From the IMG/VR virus record IMGVR_UViG_3300023283_000392, positions 1 through 41,919 of that record: a stretch of 41,919 bases of DNA; one strand, 5' to 3'. Numbering within the stretch: the first letter of the stretch is position 1; the number at the start of each line of letters is the position of its first letter. The position numbers and the translations under genes are program-made. Of this stretch, positions 14,010 to 23,464 are shown one piece after another. The notes beneath the pieces are model-generated. The model did not search any database. It worked only from the letters and a program-made list of their open reading frames with translations, and was not told the DNA's origin. Origin of the DNA: a virus. Lineage: Duplodnaviria > Caudoviricetes.

Positions 14010-15780
14010 GTCTGACATCGTCGAGATCGGCGCGCGTGGCCCCAAGGGCGGTGGGGCGCCGCCGTGTGCGCCGGAGCGATATGCAGGCGAGCCGGAAGAG
14101 ATCGACTGCCCGCTCGCCTTTCTCGGTCACCACCAGGGACGCTATTTCCTGCTCTCGCCCGCAGGTGAACGGCGCGAGGCGAGCCAACGCGACATGACGG
14201 CCGCCGGGTTGATCAGCCTGGTGGAGGGCGAGACGGCCTGGTTGCGCGCCGTCGCGCCCGAGTGGCCGCGCGGCACCAAGCGTCGGGAGGGGCTGGCACC
14301 GGATTTCAGTGTGCGCGACGCGACGATCGAGATTGTGCGACGCTGTCGGGCGGCGGGGTTGTTCGACCCCGACACGCCGGTGCGGCTCGCCGGGGTGTGG
14401 CGCGATCTGCGCCCCTCGGCCGTTCCGGCGTTGGTGGTGCACGCCGGCGACGCCCTCTACGTCGATGGTGATTGGCGACCGGCGGGCGTGATCCTCGGCG
14501 GCGCGATCTATCCCGCGCGGCATACCATCGCGCGGCCGGCCGCGGTGCCCGCACCCCCGGCCGTCGGAGAGGAGCTGCTCGAGGCGGTGCGGCTTTGGAG
14601 CTGGTCGCGGCCGGAAGAGCCCGAGATCTGGCTCGGTTGGCTGGGGCAGGCGATGCTCGGCGGGGCGCCGCGCTGGCGCGCGCATCTGATGGTCACTGGC
14701 GCGCGGGGGAGCGGCAAGACGTGGCTCGCCAATTTGGCAGCCGCGGCGCTCGGTGCGGGCGCGCATCCGCAGCGCAACAATTTTACCGAGGCCTTTCTGC
14801 GCCAGGCGCTGACCGGTGAGGCGCGGGCGCTGATTCTCGACGAGAGCGAGCCCGACGCGTACGGGCGGGCGCAGGCCGTTGTCGAGATGCTGCGCCGCAT
14901 GAGCGAGGGGGAAGGGATGCGCGCTGGTCGCGGTTCGGCCGATGGTCGGCCGCAGGCCTTCGCGGTGACCGGTTCGGCATACCTCTCCTCGATCCTGCAC
15001 GTGCCGCTGTCGCCACAGGATCTGAGCCGTATCGCGGAGCTGACGCTCGAGCTGTTGGCCGGCGGCGCCGCGGCGGCCGCCGATGTGGAGCAGGCCGAGG
15101 CGGCGATTACCGCAGCGGCCGAGGCCTCGCCTGCGTTGCGGGCGCGGGCGATCGCGGGCTGGCAACGCTTCCTTGACGGCTTTGGCGCCTATCGGGCCGC
15201 CGCCATGGCCGGCGGATGCGATGCGCGCCAGGCCGACCAGCTCGCCACATTACTCGCCGGCCGCGATCTGCTGATTGCTGATGCGGCGGCCGACTCGGAC
15301 TTCGCCGCAGAGGAGGTCACACGGTTTGCGTGGCTCGTCGAGCAGGCGCAGGTGGCCGAAGACGAGGACGGTGAGGGGTGGCAATGCCTGCGCCACCTCT
15401 ACTCGCATCCGATTGATCTGTGGTCCGGTGGCGAACGCATGTCGGTCGCACGGGTGGTGGCCGAAGCGCTGTGGGACCCGATGGGCGCGCACCGTCGCAA
15501 GCAGATCGAGGGGGTGGGACTCAAGGTTATGGCGGGTGAGGATGGGGCACCGCGACTGCTCGTCGCCGGGCAGCGTCATGAAGGTTTGGCGCGGATTTTC
15601 AGCGGCACGCGATGGGCGGAAGGGGTGTGGGTGCAGGCGCTGCGCTACCTGCCCGGCGTCGCCCCATGGCCGCAACCTGTGCGAATGGACGGTGTGTTGT
15701 ATCGGGCGACCGCGTTCGGCGGCGGTTATCTACCACAGGACGACGGTAGGCCGAGTGATCCCGCAGAGGATGTTTTTTAG
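13999..15780 (+). CDS. Phage replication P-loop NTPase/helicase
   Basis: Walker A GARGSGKT and Walker B LILDESE; followed by the iteron array. Confidence 0.8.
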   Translation: MSDESDIVEIGARGPKGGGAPPCAPERYAGEPEEIDCPLAFLGHHQGRYFLLSPAGERREASQRDMTAAGLISLVEGETAWLRAVAPEWPRGTKRREGLAPDFSVRDATIEIVRRCRAAGLFDPDTPVRLAGVWRDLRPSAVPALVVHAGDALYVDGDWRPAGVILGGAIYPARHTIARPAAVPAPPAVGEELLEAVRLWSWSRPEEPEIWLGWLGQAMLGGAPRWRAHLMVTGARGSGKTWLANLAAAALGAGAHPQRNNFTEAFLRQALTGEARALILDESEPDAYGRAQAVVEMLRRMSEGEGMRAGRGSADGRPQAFAVTGSAYLSSILHVPLSPQDLSRIAELTLELLAGGAAAAADVEQAEAAITAAAEASPALRARAIAGWQRFLDGFGAYRAAAMAGGCDARQADQLATLLAGRDLLIADAAADSDFAAEEVTRFAWLVEQAQVAEDEDGEGWQCLRHLYSHPIDLWSGGERMSVARVVAEALWDPMGAHRRKQIEGVGLKVMAGEDGAPRLLVAGQRHEGLARIFSGTRWAEGVWVQALRYLPGVAPWPQPVRMDGVLYRATAFGGGYLPQDDGRPSDPAEDVF

Positions 15781-15800
15781 CAACATAGTTGCGCGCAGGT

Positions 15801-16080
15801 GTAACAGCAAGTGTAACAGTTAACAGTCCTTTTAGATCAACAGCTTGACAGTAACACAAGTAAAGGAAATGTAACAGGGGGTGTAACAAAAATTCGGTAA
15901 TGACGGCAATGAGTTGGGCCGTTTGTTACGCTTGTTACGCCCAAAAGGCGGCCTAGATGCGCGCGCGTGAGGGGAAGGGGTGTAACAAGCGTAACAGCGT
16001 AACAGATCGGAGATTTATGCACTATGAGCAAAGGGTTAGCCTGTTACACCCGATGTTACGCTCAGCAACAGAGCGTAACA
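15801..16080. repeat. GTAACA/TGTTAC iteron array, probable replication origin
   Basis: 13 exact hexamers counted by eye: forward at 15801, 15813, 15851, 15871, 15883, 15982, 15991, 15999, 16075; reverse at 15924, 15933, 16042, 16054. They lie in a comparatively AT-rich tract. Confidence 0.75.
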
Positions 16081-16632
16081 CTCGCAGAGGTTGGCGAGCC
16101 GACGGCGCCGTCGGTGGATCGCGATCGTCTCACCGCGGCGATCAATGCAGGCTATCGCACGTGCATGGAGCGAGGAGATCAGAACCCGCGATTGGCCGAT
16201 GTCGTGTGGGTGCTGTTGCGGGAGGCAGCATGGGTGACCGCCGCCGTGCCCGATGCCGATCGGCGGTTCCAGCTCGGCCTGCGGTCGAATTGGCCCCGCG
16301 TGCTCGTCACCGCGGCCGATGTGTTGGACGCGCGCTTTGCACGCGTCGGCTCGGGGGTCGATATTCAGCAAGAGGGCAATCGATCGGGACCGACGCCAGA
16401 ACAGATCAGTCGAGCGGAGCTCGTCATGACATGGTGGCAGGCGGTGCGCGTCGACGGTCGGCGGGTAGATCGGCGCACTGTCACGCTGGCCGCGTACCTG
16501 CTCGCGAGCGGCGTGAAGGCGTCACTGTTGGCGCGACAGTTCGGTGTGTCGCGGATGCAGATCTACCGGTGGCGAGATATGGCTATCGCACAGATCGCAG
16601 GCTGGCTTGAAAATTTTTTCAAGTGGGGGTGA
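16024..16632 (+). CDS. Late-gene regulator (Q-position) with C-terminal HTH
   Basis: ASGVKASLLARQFGVSRMQIYRWRDMAIAQIA HTH; last gene before the promoter/terminator/cos unit. Start uncertain. Confidence 0.65.
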   Translation: MSKGLACYTRCYAQQQSVTLAEVGEPTAPSVDRDRLTAAINAGYRTCMERGDQNPRLADVVWVLLREAAWVTAAVPDADRRFQLGLRSNWPRVLVTAADVLDARFARVGSGVDIQQEGNRSGPTPEQISRAELVMTWWQAVRVDGRRVDRRTVTLAAYLLASGVKASLLARQFGVSRMQIYRWRDMAIAQIAGWLENFFKWG

Positions 16633-16657
16633 CAAACGTTACAGAATCAGGCATCGT
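16629..16657 (+). promoter_or_regulatory. Putative late promoter (pR'-like)
   Basis: GTGACA-17 bp-CATCGT immediately before a terminator hairpin. Confidence 0.4.
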
Positions 16658-16680
16658 TTGCATCACTGTCGCGAGACGCG

Positions 16681-16714
16681 CGCCCGGAGGGATGTTCCCC
16701 TTCCGGGCGTTTTT
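16681..16714 (+). terminator. Intrinsic terminator (tR'-like) upstream of packaging genes
   Basis: CGCCCGGA...TTCCGGGCG stem followed by TTTTT. Confidence 0.75.
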
Positions 16715-16762
16715 CGTATCAGCACCCAAAGCCTAGGATTTCTGCGGTTTTTGGATGGCCAC

Positions 16763-16818
16763 GGGTCCTTCCGAAAAGCCAAAACGTATGCGGGAGCCAA
16801 AGGCGCGATATTTCGCTA
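16763..16818 (+). other. Lambda-like cos site (cosQ plus cosN)
   Basis: GGGTCCT (identical to lambda cosQ), 22 nt, GGGAGCCAAAGG, then CGCGATATTTCGCTA (lambda: GGGCGGCGACCT CGCGGGTTTTCGCTA). Directly upstream of the small terminase. Confidence 0.75.
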
Positions 16819-16853
16819 GTTTTTGGGCGGACTGAAAAGCCTAAAGAGATCAA

Positions 16854-17516
16854 ATGCTTCAACTTGAGCTGCAGAACGGCGAATCGGCGCGGCCCGATGC
16901 GGCGGATGGGGGGAATACGCAGCGCGCTACGGTGGTGAGCAAAAGCGAATACGCGAAGATGCGCGGGCGCACGGCGAGCGCAGTGAGCCACTGGATTCGG
17001 AGCGGGAAGCTGAGCGGGCCGGCATTGATCGGCCGTGGCCGCATGGCGAAGGTGGTCGTTGAAGAGGCAGACCAACAGCTCGCCACTCTGCTTGATATTG
17101 CCCAGCAGGAGGCTCAGGAGAGCCCCATTGACCTGCAGCGAGATGCAGTGGACGAACCGCCCGAAAACGTCATCGGCCAGCGCGGCGGTGCACAAGCCGA
17201 CTATTATTCTGCGCGCGCTCGTAAGCAGCAGGCCGAAGCCGAGATCGCAGAGGCCAAGCTCAAAGTCCAGCAGGGTGTCTACCTGATGCGCGAGGAAGCT
17301 GAGGCCGCCTGGTCGCGCACTCTCGCTGAACTCGTGCGACTGCTGGACGAAATCCCAGGGCGGCTTGGCGAGCCCGTTGCTGCGGAACTGGGCTGTGATG
17401 TCCGAGCGTTGACGCTCGCTTTGCGTCGCGAAACCAAGAGAGTGCGTGCTGAGTGGAGCCGACATTTTGAGCGGCCGACCGATGCCGATGCGCACGCAGA
17501 GGATCAGGCAGCGTGA
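16854..17516 (+). CDS. Terminase small subunit (Nu1-like)
   Basis: N-terminal wHTH SKSEYAKMRGRTASAVSHWIRSGKL; coiled coil ARARKQQAEAEIAEAKLKVQQG; position. Confidence 0.85.
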   Translation: MLQLELQNGESARPDAADGGNTQRATVVSKSEYAKMRGRTASAVSHWIRSGKLSGPALIGRGRMAKVVVEEADQQLATLLDIAQQEAQESPIDLQRDAVDEPPENVIGQRGGAQADYYSARARKQQAEAEIAEAKLKVQQGVYLMREEAEAAWSRTLAELVRLLDEIPGRLGEPVAAELGCDVRALTLALRRETKRVRAEWSRHFERPTDADAHAEDQAA

Positions 17517-19507
17517 GTGCGACCAGCTTGCTCCATGATGCCGAGGCGAGCGCGCGCGCTGTAGCAGCTCGCGTGCTTGCACCACCTCCGCCTGTCGATT
17601 ACTCGGACTGGGCTGCGCGACACATCATCTTCGGATCGGAGAGCGCATTCCCAGGCCGGTATGATCCCGACCTGTTTCCCTTCTATCGCCGCATCCTCGA
17701 CTGTCTCTCCCCCGATCATCCATGCCGCGAGGTGGTGCTGCGAAAGTCAATCCAGATCGGCGGCACAGTCGTGGCCCAGGTGTTCACCGGTGGCAGCCTC
17801 GACATGGACCCCGGCCCGTTCATGTATGTCCACCCGAGCCTCGAGAACGGCCGGCGGTGGTCCAACATGAAATGGGCGCCGATGGTGCGCCAGTCGCCTG
17901 CGCTCGCTCGGATCTTTAATCTCGACCAGACGCGCGATTCCAAGTCGTCTATTTTCTTCATGGAACGCCGAGACGGCCGCGGCTCGCTGCTGATCTCAGG
18001 CGCCAATTCCCCCTCGAGCCTGTCTCAGGTCTCGGTGCCGCGCCAGGTCCAGGATGATTTGCAGCGCTGGGAGCTCAACGCCGCTGGCGATCCACAGGAA
18101 CAGGCGGACGGCCGATCCGAGGGATTCGAATTCGCCAAGATCCTGCGCACAGGCACCGGCGCTGTGGAGGGCGAATGCCGGATGACGCGCGCATACGAGG
18201 CCGGTACCCAGGAGATCTACGAGGTGCCCTGCCCGCATTGCGGGGTATTGCAAGATCTCGCTTGGGAGAATATGTTCGCTCACCTCGACGAGGAGCGACC
18301 GGACGACGCTCATTTCGTCTGTCGGCATTGCGAGATACGGATCGACCACCACCACAAGCGTGAGATGGTCGCCGCCGGCCGCTGGCGCGCGCAGCATCCG
18401 GAACGGGAACACCGCACCGTCTCGTTCCACATCTGGGCTGCATACTCGCCATTGACGAGTTGGGAGCGGATCGCGCGCCGCTGGCTCGAATCCAAAGGCA
18501 CGGGACACCGCGAGCGGGTCTTCGTCAATGAAATGACCGGGCTCCCATACCGTGCCGAGGGAGACGCGCCGGAATGGGAACATCTGCGCGACCGTGCTAT
18601 GGCTGCCCCCGTCGCCGTCGGCACGGTGCCGGCCGACGGTCTGTTGATTGCCGCCGGTATCGACTGTCAGGTCGACCGCGTGGAAGTCCAGATTGTCGCC
18701 GCCAGCCGCGACCGGCGCAGCCATGTGATTGATTACCTCGTCATCGACGGGCACATCTCCGCCGCCGCCACCCAGGCACAGCTGGATGCCCTGCTCGATC
18801 GCCGGTGGCCATATGCGCCGGGTGGAGACCGCGCTCTCGAGATGCTGGCCATCGATGCGGGTCATTGGTCGGAGGAGGTCTATGAATGGGCCGGGCGGTG
18901 GCCCGAGGACCGGGTGATGGCGGTGAAGGGTGCGACCGCCGAGGCCGCGCCGCCGCTCGATGCGGGCCGGCGGCCGCGCGTGAGTTTCAGCGGTCGCAAG
19001 CGCCGGCGTGCCAAGGTACGACTCTGGATTGTGGGTGTGTCGGGCCTCAAGAGCCAGCTCTATTCGGACCTGCGCAAAGACGATCTCGCCGAGCGCGGCG
19101 CCGTCGGTCTGCCGCGAGGACTGCCCGATGACTATTATCAGCAGCTGACTGCCGAGCGTCGCGCGCCGAAGGTCAATCGGCAAGGTTATATCGTCTATCG
19201 CTGGACGAAGCCGCCCAACCAGCCGAACGAGGCATTGGACACGATGATCTACGCCCGGGCGGCCCTGATCCGGCTCGGCTGGCACCGTCTGTCGGACGCG
19301 CAATGGGATGCGCTCGAGGCCCAGCGCCTGGCGGAAACACAGGCGGCAGGCGCGCCGCAATGCGAATTGTTCGATCCGGACCGCGCTTCGCAGGTGCCGG
19401 ATGTCAGCGAACGGCGTTCGCCCGCCGTTACCAGCGCCCGCTCGCCCGAACCTCCGGCAGCGCCGCGCGATACGGCGGCGGACGACAGCGGGGAGATGTA
19501 TCTGTGA
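17513..19507 (+). CDS. Terminase large subunit (lambda GpA family)
   Basis: KSIQIGGT, VPCPHCG...CRHC, GIDCQVDR and NEALDTMIYA motifs. Confidence 0.95.
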   Translation: MSATSLLHDAEASARAVAARVLAPPPPVDYSDWAARHIIFGSESAFPGRYDPDLFPFYRRILDCLSPDHPCREVVLRKSIQIGGTVVAQVFTGGSLDMDPGPFMYVHPSLENGRRWSNMKWAPMVRQSPALARIFNLDQTRDSKSSIFFMERRDGRGSLLISGANSPSSLSQVSVPRQVQDDLQRWELNAAGDPQEQADGRSEGFEFAKILRTGTGAVEGECRMTRAYEAGTQEIYEVPCPHCGVLQDLAWENMFAHLDEERPDDAHFVCRHCEIRIDHHHKREMVAAGRWRAQHPEREHRTVSFHIWAAYSPLTSWERIARRWLESKGTGHRERVFVNEMTGLPYRAEGDAPEWEHLRDRAMAAPVAVGTVPADGLLIAAGIDCQVDRVEVQIVAASRDRRSHVIDYLVIDGHISAAATQAQLDALLDRRWPYAPGGDRALEMLAIDAGHWSEEVYEWAGRWPEDRVMAVKGATAEAAPPLDAGRRPRVSFSGRKRRRAKVRLWIVGVSGLKSQLYSDLRKDDLAERGAVGLPRGLPDDYYQQLTAERRAPKVNRQGYIVYRWTKPPNQPNEALDTMIYARAALIRLGWHRLSDAQWDALEAQRLAETQAAGAPQCELFDPDRASQVPDVSERRSPAVTSARSPEPPAAPRDTAADDSGEMYL

Positions 19508-19752
19508 GCTTTGAAGACCTGACCACCGCCGAGCTCGAGGCGAAGCTTGCCGAACTCGAAGCCACGCTTGAGACGCAACTCGTCGATGGCGGTACGCGAC
19601 TCGTCCAGCATGAGGGCTCGCGCATCGAGTTCCAAACGACGACGATCTCCAGTCGCAATGCGCTCGAACGACGTATTGCGCGTATGCGCGACGAGTTGGG
19701 GCGCCGTCGGGGTCGAATCACGACCATTCCGCAGATCCATGTGAGAGGCTGA
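19504..19752 (+). CDS. Head-tail adaptor (gpW-like)
   Basis: 82-aa helix-hairpin-helix ORF between terminase and portal; GTG overlaps the terminase stop. Confidence 0.75.
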   Translation: MSFEDLTTAELEAKLAELEATLETQLVDGGTRLVQHEGSRIEFQTTTISSRNALERRIARMRDELGRRRGRITTIPQIHVRG

Positions 19753-19755
19753 TAT

Positions 19756-21402
19756 ATGCCGCCCACACTGATCGACGTGCACGGCCGTCCGCTGCGCACG
19801 CAGGCCGGCGTCTGGGCGGGCGGCGTCGGCCGCTCGGCCTATGCCGGCGCGTCAGCCGGCTCACCCGAAATGGCCGGCTGGGAGGTGACACGGGCCAGCC
19901 CGGACCAAATCACCATGGCGGCCCGTCCGATCCTGGCCGCCCGTGCGCGTGATCTGGCGCGTAACGACGGTCTGATGGCCGGCGCGGTTCAGCGCCACAA
20001 GGACACAGTGGTCGGCGAGGGCCTGCATCTGCAGGCCATGCCGGATCATGCCGCCCTCGACATCGATATGGCCGAGGCGCAGGCAAAGGCTGCCGAATTG
20101 GAGGATCTGTGGGAGGAGTGGAGCCAGGATCCGGAGGCCTCCGATGTGACCGGCCAAGCCACCTTCGGCGGGCTGACACGTATGGCCGTCGAGGGGGATT
20201 GGCTCGACGGGGAAAGTGTATATCTCGCCCTTTGGGAACCGCGCCGGCAGGCGGCGCTGGGCGTGCGCTGGGCTACCGTGTTGCAGTCGGTGGATCCCAT
20301 TCGGCTGAGTAATCCACGCGGGTCACCCAACGACCGCCGCCTGCGTGACGGCGTCGAGATCGACGGCTTCGGCGCGCCGGTGGCCTATCATATCCGACGT
20401 GGTCATCCAGGCGAGCGATTCGACGCCGGTAGTTTGCTGGGCGTCTGGAATCGTGTGGCCCGCCGGCGCAGCAATGGCCGACTGCAGGTGCTGCATTGTT
20501 TTGACCGTCGGCGCCCAGGCGAACATCGCGGAATATCCGCCTTTGCTCCGATTATGGAAGCCGTCAAGCAGAGGCAACGGTACCAACGCGCCGAGTTACA
20601 AAGCGCCGTCGTTAACGCCGTCATCTCGGCGGTACTCGAGGTGCCGTTCGATGGGCAGACGTTGCTCGACATCTTCGGCGATCGGCCGGAAGACGTGAAG
20701 CAGATGCTCGCCGACCGGCAGGCCGCGCGGCCATTGCGGCTCGGAATCGGTCCGGGCGGCATCATTCCGCGGCTCGAGCCAGGCGAACGCCTCAACGGCT
20801 GGAACACAGGCCGGCCAAACCAGGGGTTCGACACCTTCACCAAGTCCATCGAACGGTATATCGCGGTGGGGCTAGGCCAGACCTTCGAGACCTTTGCCCG
20901 CGACTTCAGCCGCACCAACTTCTCGAGCGCGCGCGCATCGATGCTGGAGGCCTGGCGCGCCGTCATGACGGCGCGTATGGCCAAGGCAACCTATTTCGCA
21001 CGGCCGGTATACGAGCTCGTCATCGAAGAGGCGGCGGCGCGCGGTCGCGTCGAGTTGCCGGGCTTCTTTACGAGCCGGCGCGCGCGCCGGGCCTGGTTGC
21101 GTTCGGCCTGGCTGGGGCCGGGCCGCGGATCCGTCGATCCACAGAAGGAATTGCTGGCATCCGGGATGGCGCTGGCCCTCAACCTCAGCACCCATCGTGA
21201 AGAAGCGATGGCCTTGGGCCGTGATCCCGATGCGCTGTTGGACCAGATCGAGGCCGAACGGGCCGCCATGCGGCAGCGCGGGATCCAGATCCCTGCGCTG
21301 GAAACGCTGATGCCGGCGGTTGCCGCGCTGGCCGCCCGCGATGACGATGCAGCGCCATCCGCCTCCGGATCGGAGTCAGGTGACAGCGAGGAGACCGCCT
21401 GA
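19756..21402 (+). CDS. Portal protein (lambda gpB family)
   Basis: RARDLARND, DGVEIDGFGAPVAYHI, RGISAFAP, NFSSARASMLE and VDPQKE motifs. Confidence 0.95.
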   Translation: MPPTLIDVHGRPLRTQAGVWAGGVGRSAYAGASAGSPEMAGWEVTRASPDQITMAARPILAARARDLARNDGLMAGAVQRHKDTVVGEGLHLQAMPDHAALDIDMAEAQAKAAELEDLWEEWSQDPEASDVTGQATFGGLTRMAVEGDWLDGESVYLALWEPRRQAALGVRWATVLQSVDPIRLSNPRGSPNDRRLRDGVEIDGFGAPVAYHIRRGHPGERFDAGSLLGVWNRVARRRSNGRLQVLHCFDRRRPGEHRGISAFAPIMEAVKQRQRYQRAELQSAVVNAVISAVLEVPFDGQTLLDIFGDRPEDVKQMLADRQAARPLRLGIGPGGIIPRLEPGERLNGWNTGRPNQGFDTFTKSIERYIAVGLGQTFETFARDFSRTNFSSARASMLEAWRAVMTARMAKATYFARPVYELVIEEAAARGRVELPGFFTSRRARRAWLRSAWLGPGRGSVDPQKELLASGMALALNLSTHREEAMALGRDPDALLDQIEAERAAMRQRGIQIPALETLMPAVAALAARDDDAAPSASGSESGDSEETA

Positions 21403-23030
21403 TGCATTGGCTGATCGATCGCACGCACGCCCTGCCGCTGATCGCCGCCCGCGCGCGCGCCGTCTCGGCGGGCCATGCTCGCTCCGCCGCGCTGTTCGAG
21501 GGCGACTTTTTCGACCGCGCATTCTCGAACCGCCGATCAATGGCGCTGGCCCGGGCGCGCGAGACGGGGGTCCTCGAGGTCCCTGTCTCCGGCGTGCTGG
21601 CGAGCGCCGACATGGCGGGATGGTATTGGTATGCCGACACACCCGTCGAATCGATCCGTGAGGATATCGCCGAGGGACTGGCCGAGCCGCGCGTGCAGGC
21701 GATTCTGCTGCGTGTGCTGTCGCCGGGCGGCGTCGTCGACGGCACTTGGTCACTGGCGACGTTTATCGCCGGTCACACGCAACGACGTGGGGGCGACAAA
21801 CCAATCTGGGCATTCGTCGAACGCGCCAATTCGGCGGCCTACTGGATTGCCAGCCAGGCCGATCGCGTGATCGGGACAGCGACGGCGGATGTGGGCTCCA
21901 TCGGCGTGATCACCGAACATATCGATGTCTCGCGTATGCTCGAGGAAATGGGCATCGCGGTGACCCCCATCTTCTCCGGGGCAGCGAAGGCAGACTTCCA
22001 TGACGCCCGACCGCTGTCGGAAGAGGCCCGCAGCCGCGTCCAGGCCGAGCTTGACACCATCCGGCACGTGTTTGCCGCGTCGGTGGCCACTGCGCGCGGC
22101 CTGGCGGAGGACGCGGTGATCGGCACCGAAGCACAAACCTTCATCGGCGCAGAGGCCATGCGAGCCGGCCTCATCGACGGCGTTGACACCATCGATGCCA
22201 CGCGGGCGGCGTTGCTACGCGCCGCCGGCTCCCGACAGACTCCGGCCGCGCCGCGCGCGGCTGCTGCGCGCCGGCCGAAGCCGGTGCAATCCCGGTCCCG
22301 GCGCCAGCCGGGACAAACCGCGCAATCGAAAAGGAGCAAGACCATGGCGCGATATCGACTCGCCGGCTGCCGGACGGCCGCCGGCAATCCGACGGCGGGC
22401 GAAGCGCTCGCCGCCGAACTCAACCGGCTGATCGACAACCAGGTGACCGAAGAGCGGACCCGCGACGACGTCATCGCGGAGATGGCGTCGGCTGCCGGGA
22501 TCGACGAATCGACGGTCAATCAGATCCTGCGCGGCGAAATCAACTGCCCGCCGGTCGAGCGCCTCGAAGGCTTCGCCTCCGTGCTCGACGTGGCCGTCTC
22601 CGATCTCGTCTCGGCCGCCGAGGAGGATGGATGTGTCTTCGAGGAAGAGGAGGATGACAGCGGCGGCGACCAGGCTGCAGCTGCGCCGCCGCCTGCGTCG
22701 GCCAAAACACCCGTTGACCGGACGGCCCGGGCCGCCGACCCGTCGGCGCGGATCCTCGCCATCCTCGATCTCCCCGAGGCCAAGGGCCGGGAAGACCTGG
22801 CCAAGGAATTGGCGCGCGCCGGCCTGACGCCTGCACAGGCGAAAGCGGCGTTGGGCAAGGCGCCGAAGCGCACCGCCGCTGCCGGCGAGGCTTTTCTGGC
22901 CAGCATGACTGCCGAGCCGAGCCCCCAGGTCGGGCCGGATGACGGCGAGAATACCACGGCGGATGCCGGCGCCGCTGTCGCGGCCACCTGCCGCAAAGCC
23001 GGTCTCGGCCATCTGTTTCGCGACGCCTGA
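21402..23030 (+). CDS. S49 prohead protease with C-terminal scaffold (gpC-like)
   Basis: SPGGVV, ANSAAYWIASQAD and VGSIGV motifs; C-terminal RILAILDLPEAKGREDLAKELA is Nu3-like. Confidence 0.92.
   Translation: MHWLIDRTHALPLIAARARAVSAGHARSAALFEGDFFDRAFSNRRSMALARARETGVLEVPVSGVLASADMAGWYWYADTPVESIREDIAEGLAEPRVQAILLRVLSPGGVVDGTWSLATFIAGHTQRRGGDKPIWAFVERANSAAYWIASQADRVIGTATADVGSIGVITEHIDVSRMLEEMGIAVTPIFSGAAKADFHDARPLSEEARSRVQAELDTIRHVFAASVATARGLAEDAVIGTEAQTFIGAEAMRAGLIDGVDTIDATRAALLRAAGSRQTPAAPRAAAARRPKPVQSRSRRQPGQTAQSKRSKTMARYRLAGCRTAAGNPTAGEALAAELNRLIDNQVTEERTRDDVIAEMASAAGIDESTVNQILRGEINCPPVERLEGFASVLDVAVSDLVSAAEEDGCVFEEEEDDSGGDQAAAAPPPASAKTPVDRTARAADPSARILAILDLPEAKGREDLAKELARAGLTPAQAKAALGKAPKRTAAAGEAFLASMTAEPSPQVGPDDGENTTADAGAAVAATCRKAGLGHLFRDA
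22344..23030 (+). CDS. Nested in-frame scaffolding protein (Nu3-like)
   Basis: AAAAGGAG RBS 7 nt before an in-frame ATG at 22344, after a low-complexity linker; same arrangement as lambda C/Nu3. Confidence 0.7.
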   Translation: MARYRLAGCRTAAGNPTAGEALAAELNRLIDNQVTEERTRDDVIAEMASAAGIDESTVNQILRGEINCPPVERLEGFASVLDVAVSDLVSAAEEDGCVFEEEEDDSGGDQAAAAPPPASAKTPVDRTARAADPSARILAILDLPEAKGREDLAKELARAGLTPAQAKAALGKAPKRTAAAGEAFLASMTAEPSPQVGPDDGENTTADAGAAVAATCRKAGLGHLFRDA

Positions 23031-23068
23031 CAGTCGAGCGCTAATCTCAAACCGAAAGGACTGATCCC

Positions 23069-23431
23069 ATGTCATTACTGGCCAACTATACGGTCGGACC
23101 CGATGAGCAGCCCGACGCGCTGTTCGCATCCAACTTTCCGGCGCTGACCCGCAAGATCGTGGTCGCGATGGGCGCCGAGCACAGCCGCGGCGAGGTGTTG
23201 GGCAAGATCACCGCCTCGGGCGAGTACGTCCTCTCCGACGGCGGTGCGGTCGACGGCAGCGAGACTCCGGACGTCATCCTCCTCGACGACGTCGACACCA
23301 CGGGCGCCGCTCAGGAGGCCATGGCGCTGATCGTCGGGCATGTGCGGTTCGCGGCGCTCACCCTCGGCCCCAATCACACCGAGACCAGCGTGCGCGACGC
23401 GCTGCGACCGCTGGGCATCCATGTCGCCTGA
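23069..23431 (+). CDS. Head decoration protein (gpD-like)
   Basis: RGEVLGKITASGEYVLS...DGSETPDVILLDDVD...LRPLGIHV. Confidence 0.88.
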   Translation: MSLLANYTVGPDEQPDALFASNFPALTRKIVVAMGAEHSRGEVLGKITASGEYVLSDGGAVDGSETPDVILLDDVDTTGAAQEAMALIVGHVRFAALTLGPNHTETSVRDALRPLGIHVA

Positions 23432-23464
23432 TCCCGGGCACCAACACTGAAAGGAGAGATTTCC

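Noticed and set aside
15801-16080. CRISPR-like array interpretation of the repeats
   Set aside because: Repeats are 6 bp, irregularly spaced and in both orientations; no cas genes.
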